DNA from: an uncultured Planctomycetaceae bacterium
GTDB taxonomy: Bacteria; Planctomycetota; Planctomycetia; Planctomycetales; Planctomycetaceae
Length of the DNA: 64,000 nucleotides
Direction: 5' to 3'
Assembly (NCBI GenBank): GCA_963976765.1
Contig: CAXBME010000002.1
Coordinates: 372,001 to 436,000 of the forward strand
Shown here: piece by piece, positions 58,172 through 64,000 of the stretch
Layout: each line of letters opens with the position of its first letter
How positions within the stretch are numbered: the first letter of the stretch is position 1
Translations under genes and position numbers: made by a program
Notes under the pieces: generated by a model
Seen by the model: only the letters and a program-made list of their open reading frames with translations
What the model was told of the DNA's origin: nothing
The model's database searches: none

Positions 58172-60916
58172 ATGAGGAAACTCAGTGTGGTTATGTCTGG
58201 ACGAAAAAAACCAGCAACGTCAGCCGGCACCGGTATCCCCCCAGGCATCACCGTTCTTGCGTCGCTGACCTGGTTAATCCTGCTGCCGAGTCCTGACGTT
58301 TGCCTGGCCGCTGAATTGGTCTCTTCAGACGCACTGTGCCGGTCTGTCATTTTTGGTGAAGAGATTCACAGCGACGTCAAAACGACCAGAGCATCGTCAG
58401 CAACGATGGCCAGCGACGCACGGTTCGAATTTCTGGTCCAGCGAGTTTTGCCTGAGTACGACGAAGCGACGATCAGAATCGACATGGACTTTGCTCCGGC
58501 CTGCCCGTCGCCAGTTACTGCCGGGCTGTTGAGTCTGTCGAATTCTGCTGCCTCGTCATCCGCAGATCCAAAAACGTCGCGAGTCAGTATTGGCGCCGAC
58601 CTGATTTCGCCAGCGATCGACCTCGTCGATGTGGCCCAGGAAACCGGTCGGCTGGGCAAACTTCGAAGCCATGTCTCCACACGAAAGCCTGACAATCCTG
58701 ACACCAGACAGGCTCAGCTGGCAATGCTGGCTTTGATCGAAATGGCGGATGGTGATTTTGAGGCCGCACATGAAGTCATCAACAGGCTGCATGTGTCCGC
58801 TGCTGCTTCGCCAGTAACAACGGCAGAACGAGGTCAGCTGGCAACCGTCATCTGGATGGGTCTTCGTTACCCGCCGATGGTCGAAGCTACTCGCGATCTG
58901 ACGTTCCTGGCGTACGAGCAGGCTCGCAATCAGATAGGACCACGCAGCGAATGCTGGCATCGGCAACTTTACTCGATGAAGCACGCTCTTCAGCGTCTGG
59001 CCGAAAGCCGCAAGGCCGACACGGATCAAACATCAGCAACGCAGCCGCTGCGCAACTGGATTCCCGTCAGCCGTATGACCGCAGAAACCTGCGGCAAAGG
59101 TTATCCACTGGCCGGGTGGGACACTCAGCAGGGACAGGCCAGCCACGTCACAAGCCACGATCACGACTATCTTATTTACGCCGTACCGCTGACGGGTGAC
59201 TTCGAAATCGAAGCGGACCTGACGACGTTCGGCTACCGCGACATCCAACTCGCGACCGGCAGTTTCTGGGCCGGCCCTGGGTACGATTGCGTCGGCTGCC
59301 TGAACGGCAACTTCCGTCAGGAATTTCCGACGCTGTCGCTCAAGCCAAAGCTGACAAGAATGCTCGACTGGATGCGCGTCCGCGTTGTCGTTCGAAACGG
59401 AATCCGCACAACGTTCATCAACGGAAGAGACGTCTTCAATCGACCACACAATGAAAGCAGTGATCCGTGGGCCGCCATTCACAGCCCCTGGTACACGAGC
59501 GGTGAAGTTCGCGACTTGCGAGTGACCAGCAACTCCGACGTTCCCAGACAGATCGACATGGCGGCAAGTCCAGACATCCCTGGCTGGTTGCCGTACTTCG
59601 ACGAGTCGGCAGGTCACGATGACAGCGACTGGCATCTCGACATGCAAAGATCCCCACCAGTCCTGATTGGTCGACGCAAATACGGACTCGACAGTTCTCA
59701 CCTCGAAAGTCTGCTCCGTTACCATCGTCCGGTCGCTGAAGATGGCGTCATCAGCTACGAGTTCTACTACTCACCGAACCGGTTGATCGTTCATCCGGCG
59801 CTGGGGAGACTGGCGTTTCTGCTCGATCCATCCGGAGTGAAAGTCCACTGGATCACCGATGGGCGATTTGATTCGACTGGTCTCAATCCGGCAAACACCT
59901 CGATTGAGTCAGCCAACCAGCGAGGCGCCGCAACGCTCCCTTTGAAAGTGGACGACTGGAACAGCCTCCAGTTGGAAGTGGCCGACGATGTCGCGAGGTT
60001 ATTGTTGAACGGCGAGCTGATTTACGAACGCCCGCTCGAGGCCACGAACCAGCGAACGTTTGGATTGTTCCATTTCGCGGATCGTTCCGATGCTCATGTG
60101 CGCAACATCCGTTGGGCAGGCGACTGGCTTCGTACGCTGCCAGCGGCGAGTGATCAGGAGCTGGCCGATCACGATCGAGACGACTTCGACGCCAGCCGCG
60201 AAAAGCTGTCAGCAAGCTATCGGCACGATTTTTCTACTGGGCTTCCGTCAGCCGATTTCGACATCCTGAACAGCGGCGGAGAGCGGCTGATCGATCTCAA
60301 CCCGGACGGAATTCGAGTGACTCGTCCCGGCGGCAAAGGCTGGCCGAACACCTCTGTCGTGCCGAAGCTGCTGGTTCACGGTGACTTCGACATCATCGCC
60401 GAGTTCGTAGACTTCTCATCAAAGCTGGACGACGGGGCAGCTGCCAATATCCAGATCTACGTCGCACTTGAAGACAAAAATCGTACCGAATGCCGAGTGT
60501 TCCGCACTCGATCGATCACTTCATCGAAGTCTGACGAGCAACTGGCACAGGCGGCAGTGTTCTCAGGCCCTGACGATAAACGCGGTTACGATTTCGTCGC
60601 GTCACCGGCTGAAGAAGCAACAGCAGGACGACTCCGGCTCGCGCGACGAGGCGACCAGCTCCAGTTTCTGCTCGCGGAAGACGACTCGCGATTTTTCCGA
60701 CTACTGGCAACTCACTCAGTCCCCGTCAGCAGTTCACGCAACTTTGGCATTCGGCTGATGCTGGAGACTCCTCACGGAGGAACATCCAGTGTCACCTGGA
60801 AAATTATTGACGTCCGAGCCGACTCCCTGACCGGCGCAGCGGCGCACCAGACTGACGCTTCCAGGAAACCAGTAGAAGCTGATCGGCCATCAACTCCAAG
60901 ACCAGTCGCTGACTGA
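58172..60916 (+). CDS. DUF1583/DUF1581-type protein (paralog 2)
   Basis: Signal-like N-terminus; ESLLRYHRPVAEDGVISYEFYY...VHPALGRLAFLLDPSGVKVHWITDG...TNQRTFGLFHFAD...VRNIRWAGDW. Start uncertain (58172 or 58193). Confidence 0.82.
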   Translation: MRKLSVVMSGRKKPATSAGTGIPPGITVLASLTWLILLPSPDVCLAAELVSSDALCRSVIFGEEIHSDVKTTRASSATMASDARFEFLVQRVLPEYDEATIRIDMDFAPACPSPVTAGLLSLSNSAASSSADPKTSRVSIGADLISPAIDLVDVAQETGRLGKLRSHVSTRKPDNPDTRQAQLAMLALIEMADGDFEAAHEVINRLHVSAAASPVTTAERGQLATVIWMGLRYPPMVEATRDLTFLAYEQARNQIGPRSECWHRQLYSMKHALQRLAESRKADTDQTSATQPLRNWIPVSRMTAETCGKGYPLAGWDTQQGQASHVTSHDHDYLIYAVPLTGDFEIEADLTTFGYRDIQLATGSFWAGPGYDCVGCLNGNFRQEFPTLSLKPKLTRMLDWMRVRVVVRNGIRTTFINGRDVFNRPHNESSDPWAAIHSPWYTSGEVRDLRVTSNSDVPRQIDMAASPDIPGWLPYFDESAGHDDSDWHLDMQRSPPVLIGRRKYGLDSSHLESLLRYHRPVAEDGVISYEFYYSPNRLIVHPALGRLAFLLDPSGVKVHWITDGRFDSTGLNPANTSIESANQRGAATLPLKVDDWNSLQLEVADDVARLLLNGELIYERPLEATNQRTFGLFHFADRSDAHVRNIRWAGDWLRTLPAASDQELADHDRDDFDASREKLSASYRHDFSTGLPSADFDILNSGGERLIDLNPDGIRVTRPGGKGWPNTSVVPKLLVHGDFDIIAEFVDFSSKLDDGAAANIQIYVALEDKNRTECRVFRTRSITSSKSDEQLAQAAVFSGPDDKRGYDFVASPAEEATAGRLRLARRGDQLQFLLAEDDSRFFRLLATHSVPVSSSRNFGIRLMLETPHGGTSSVTWKIIDVRADSLTGAAAHQTDASRKPVEADRPSTPRPVAD

Positions 60917-60930
60917 ATCTGATCCTGACC

Positions 60931-63900
60931 ATGATGAATTGTCGTCCTGCAATCCTGTCCTCAGTTCTGATCTCCGTGATCAATTTACTGAGCGTTTGCG
61001 CTGAGGACACGGCTTCAACTCCGCTGCAATCCAAGTCGAACTCAACGGCCGACCAGCATACGTTGCACGCGGTCTTCCAGGACGACGCTTTGCAGGACAA
61101 CTCGTTGGCGATTCATCAGGCCGCTTTCCTGTTGCCGCCGGATGCACGATTCAGGTTCCTCGCCAGTTGGGTGTTGCCGAACGATCAGCATCCGACGTTC
61201 CGGGTCACCGGCGAGTTTGGTTCAACCAATCCGCCTCCGTTTGCCGAGCAGCCTACGGGAGTCGCTGCTCGACTAAGCCCCGGCGTTGTCGTGATGTCTC
61301 CGGCTGTCGATCTGGTCGACACGGCGCGACAGATTCATCGACTCAAAGAGCTGCGTGAGCGAACCGTCTCGGCTGACGTTCCAGGAACCGATGTCTGGCA
61401 ACGGTACGCTCGCGCGACGCTGCTCGTCCTTATCGATCTGGCACGAGACGATCCCGCTGCGGCGCTGCTGGCATTCGACGAGATAATGTCACTGACCGGG
61501 AATCTGGACAACAATTCGCTGCGTGCTCGATGGTCGGCGGTGCTGATGCTTCGAACCGTTCTTGCGAGTCGTCACAAGGATGTCCGGAGAAGCGTTACCG
61601 AGCACTTCTTCAGCATCTACAGCGACCTGAAGTTTTACTCGAGCGACCTCCAACTGGATGTAGTCAACGATCATCTGCGAACACTGTTTGCACTGACGAA
61701 CTTCCTGGGTGACGACGGTTCGCCGGAATTACTTTCGCGGAAGGGAAGCGGACAATGGCTGTCGTTTTCATACAACGATTCGTCAACCCAAGGGAATGGA
61801 CGTCCGCCAGGCATCTGGCACACGCAGAAGGGCGATGCGGTCAAGCTTTCCGGACACGAAATGGACTATCTGTCATTCCGAAGTCCATTGAGAGGCAACT
61901 TTGAAGTGGAGTGCGATTTCTCGACGCATCATGGCGAACAAGTCGCTTTCATGATCGCAGGTCGCAGCGTGCAGGCGGAATCGGATGAGACCGTGCTCAG
62001 AACCGGAAACTTCCGCAAGCCCTACAACGATGCAGTCCTTACTCCTCGGTTGACCAGGTTCGAAGAGATGGCCCGGTTCCGCGCCGTCGTGCAGAAAGGC
62101 GCGCTGACTTGCTACCTGAATGGTCGAGCGGTTCTCGAACGGAAGCTGGCTCCTGAACACGATCCCTGGCTTGCTCTGAGAATGTGGCGACGGTCGCTTG
62201 GCCGCGTTCACGATATCCGCATCACCGGCGATCCGGTTATCCCTGACGAAGTCAATCTGACCGGTGACCCGGAACTCAGCGGCTGGGCGCCGTATTTTGA
62301 AGAAGGCTTCGGCCCCGGTGCCGGCAACTGGCAGGCGATCGATGCTGATCAGAACGGGGCCGGAATCTTTGGTCGACGTCGTCCCGAGTTTGCGGGTTCG
62401 TCGTTGCAGAAGTTGCTTCGTTACTGTCGCCCGGTCGTCGAAGACGGCACGATCGAATACGACTTCTTTTACAGGCCGGACGAAGCCTGCGTTCACCCGG
62501 CTCTTGATCGGCTGGCGTTTATTCTTGACCCTGGCGGAGTGAAAATTCACTGGATCACGGATCGACGTTACGAGTACTCGCCGCTCGATCCCGCAAACGT
62601 TGTTGACGAACCGGAAAACCGGCGAAGTTCACAACCGCTTCCCTTGAAGAATGACGCCTGGAACCAACTTAAGCTGGAAGTGAAGGGCGAGCAGATTCTG
62701 CTCATGCTAAACGGGCAGTTCATTTACGAACGGTCGCTCGAAGATTCCAACCAGCGAACGTTCGGGCTGTTCCACTTTGCCGATCGAACCGAAGCTCGTA
62801 TTCGCAATGTTATCTGGCGAGGCGACTGGCCGAAGCTGTTGCCGTCCGTCGAAAATCAGGATCTTGCTTCCTCGAATCAGGACTTTCTGGATGAAGGGCT
62901 GGCGAAGCTAACGGCGAACCTTCATCACGACTTTCGTCACGCGCCGTTCGAAGAACACTTCGACCTGGTGAGCGACGAATCTGCCGTCGAGAAGAATGAG
63001 CACGGCGTCCAGACAACGCTGTCCGGTGGCGTCGGCTTCAAAGAGTTTCGTTTCAGTCCGCTGATTCATGGCGACTTCGACATCACCGTCGTGTTTCAGG
63101 ATCTGGATATCACGATGCCATTTCCTCGCTGGACCGCTGGGATCGGTGTCCGAGTTGTGCTGGACAGTTCAACCGACGACAGGCTCGGACTCTATCGAAC
63201 GCTGGAGAGAAATGCCGATAACCGTCGCACATCATTTTTCCACAGTTTCCGTACGCCTGACGGAGAACTGAAATATCCCGGTGATTATGTCGCCGAGGAA
63301 TCGCAGGCCGGTCGCTTCCGTCTCGCACGACGTGAGGCGACTTTTTATGCGATGTATGCAGCCGATGATTCACCAAATTTTCGACTGATCGGAAAATATA
63401 AAGCTACGACCGATCCGGTCGCCGTGCAGGGATTGCGTCTCATTGCCAAGGCTGACGACTCGGTATCCGTGACCGCGACATGGAAGAACATCGTGATTCG
63501 TGCCGAGAAGATTTCCGGGTTGCGTCCGCCCGACCAGGATGCAGCACCGCTCATTGCGAAACTCAATGAACAGCGAGATGCGCTGCCGGCTCGTACAATC
63601 GACTTTGCCGTTCCTGGTTCCATCACGTCGGATGTCCGTATTTCGGCGACGACAGCTTCGGTTTTTACACCCGGTAACGACGGGCTGCGAGTTACGACGA
63701 CTGGTGGAGATCGTCAGGCAGCGTGCGTGTTTTCCGGAAGCAAACCGTTCAATCGAGGAGTGGACGTTGAGTTCATCTTGGATTTTCACCAGCTCGGCAC
63801 AGACGACGCCAGCAGCTCTGCATGTGAAATCGCGATGAAAGTGTTTTTCGAATCATCACAACTGGTCAGTCGAAGTCCCCGAGAAGCAACTATTATCCTT

Positions 63901-64000
63901 CGAGCAAAGGCCGACGGTGTCAGAGAACTTGTCGCGAGAATTGTCCATCGTAACGGCGCCGGTCAACTGGCCTATCTGCCACTGCAGACGGTACGTGTTC
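60931..64000 (+). CDS. DUF1583/DUF1581-type protein (paralog 3), 3'-truncated by the window end; absent from the ORF track
   Basis: Hand translation from ATG 60931: MMNCRPAILSSVLISVINLLSVCAED...ARFRFLASWVLP...MSPAVDLVD...QKLLRYCRPVVEDGTIEYDFFY...VHPALDRLAFILDPGGVKIHWITD...NQRTFGLFHFADRTEARIRNVIWRGDWP; no in-frame stop seen up to 64000. Confidence 0.85.
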   Translation, partial: MMNCRPAILSSVLISVINLLSVCAEDTASTPLQSKSNSTADQHTLHAVFQDDALQDNSLAIHQAAFLLPPDARFRFLASWVLPNDQHPTFRVTGEFGSTNPPPFAEQPTGVAARLSPGVVVMSPAVDLVDTARQIHRLKELRERTVSADVPGTDVWQRYARATLLVLIDLARDDPAAALLAFDEIMSLTGNLDNNSLRARWSAVLMLRTVLASRHKDVRRSVTEHFFSIYSDLKFYSSDLQLDVVNDHLRTLFALTNFLGDDGSPELLSRKGSGQWLSFSYNDSSTQGNGRPPGIWHTQKGDAVKLSGHEMDYLSFRSPLRGNFEVECDFSTHHGEQVAFMIAGRSVQAESDETVLRTGNFRKPYNDAVLTPRLTRFEEMARFRAVVQKGALTCYLNGRAVLERKLAPEHDPWLALRMWRRSLGRVHDIRITGDPVIPDEVNLTGDPELSGWAPYFEEGFGPGAGNWQAIDADQNGAGIFGRRRPEFAGSSLQKLLRYCRPVVEDGTIEYDFFYRPDEACVHPALDRLAFILDPGGVKIHWITDRRYEYSPLDPANVVDEPENRRSSQPLPLKNDAWNQLKLEVKGEQILLMLNGQFIYERSLEDSNQRTFGLFHFADRTEARIRNVIWRGDWPKLLPSVENQDLASSNQDFLDEGLAKLTANLHHDFRHAPFEEHFDLVSDESAVEKNEHGVQTTLSGGVGFKEFRFSPLIHGDFDITVVFQDLDITMPFPRWTAGIGVRVVLDSSTDDRLGLYRTLERNADNRRTSFFHSFRTPDGELKYPGDYVAEESQAGRFRLARREATFYAMYAADDSPNFRLIGKYKATTDPVAVQGLRLIAKADDSVSVTATWKNIVIRAEKISGLRPPDQDAAPLIAKLNEQRDALPARTIDFAVPGSITSDVRISATTASVFTPGNDGLRVTTTGGDRQAACVFSGSKPFNRGVDVEFILDFHQLGTDDASSSACEIAMKVFFESSQLVSRSPREATIILRAKADGVRELVARIVHRNGAGQLAYLPLQTVRV

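Noticed and set aside
1..64000. CRISPR array, tRNA/rRNA, IS, integrase, prophage
   Set aside because: No regularly spaced repeats, no tRNA/rRNA signatures and no transposase, integrase or phage motifs found by inspection.

Overview
Gene-dense, GC-rich bacterial DNA, almost certainly from a planctomycete (inferred from DUF1559, DUF1501, DUF1549/DUF1553, DUF1583-type proteins, four Cys-type sulfatases and a kinase-FGE protein). Family assignments come from motif recognition by eye; no searches were run. The left half (1-30 kb) holds sulfatases, two serine hydrolases, an ArgE-like M20 enzyme, an orphan BatA/vWA gene, a 3xMCE PqiB-like gene, an AmpG-like MFS, a DUF1559 gene, a Ser/Thr kinase-FGE gene with a decaying 3' tail, a split ECF sigma/zf-HC2 module and DAHP synthase. 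Two things stand out. (1) A complete leader-peptide attenuator, absent from the ORF track, lies upstream of DAHP synthase; its 35-aa peptide carries W-F-F-Y-F-G-F, i.e. all three aromatic amino acids, with promoter, antiterminator and terminator all visible. (2) A >33 kb divergent locus (30.3-64 kb): ECF sigma, an anti-sigma-like/DUF1549-DUF1553 fusion, a small membrane ORF, Tat-DUF1501, a multi-EF-hand protein, MoxR, DUF58, two vWA proteins, a giant coiled-coil protein, a prenyltransferase-fold protein, a DUF1583 protein and a beta-sandwich-repeat/pseudo-thioredoxin protein, opposite two more DUF1583 paralogs (the last runs off the window and is missing from the ORF track). No rRNA, tRNA, CRISPR array, transposase or integrase was seen.
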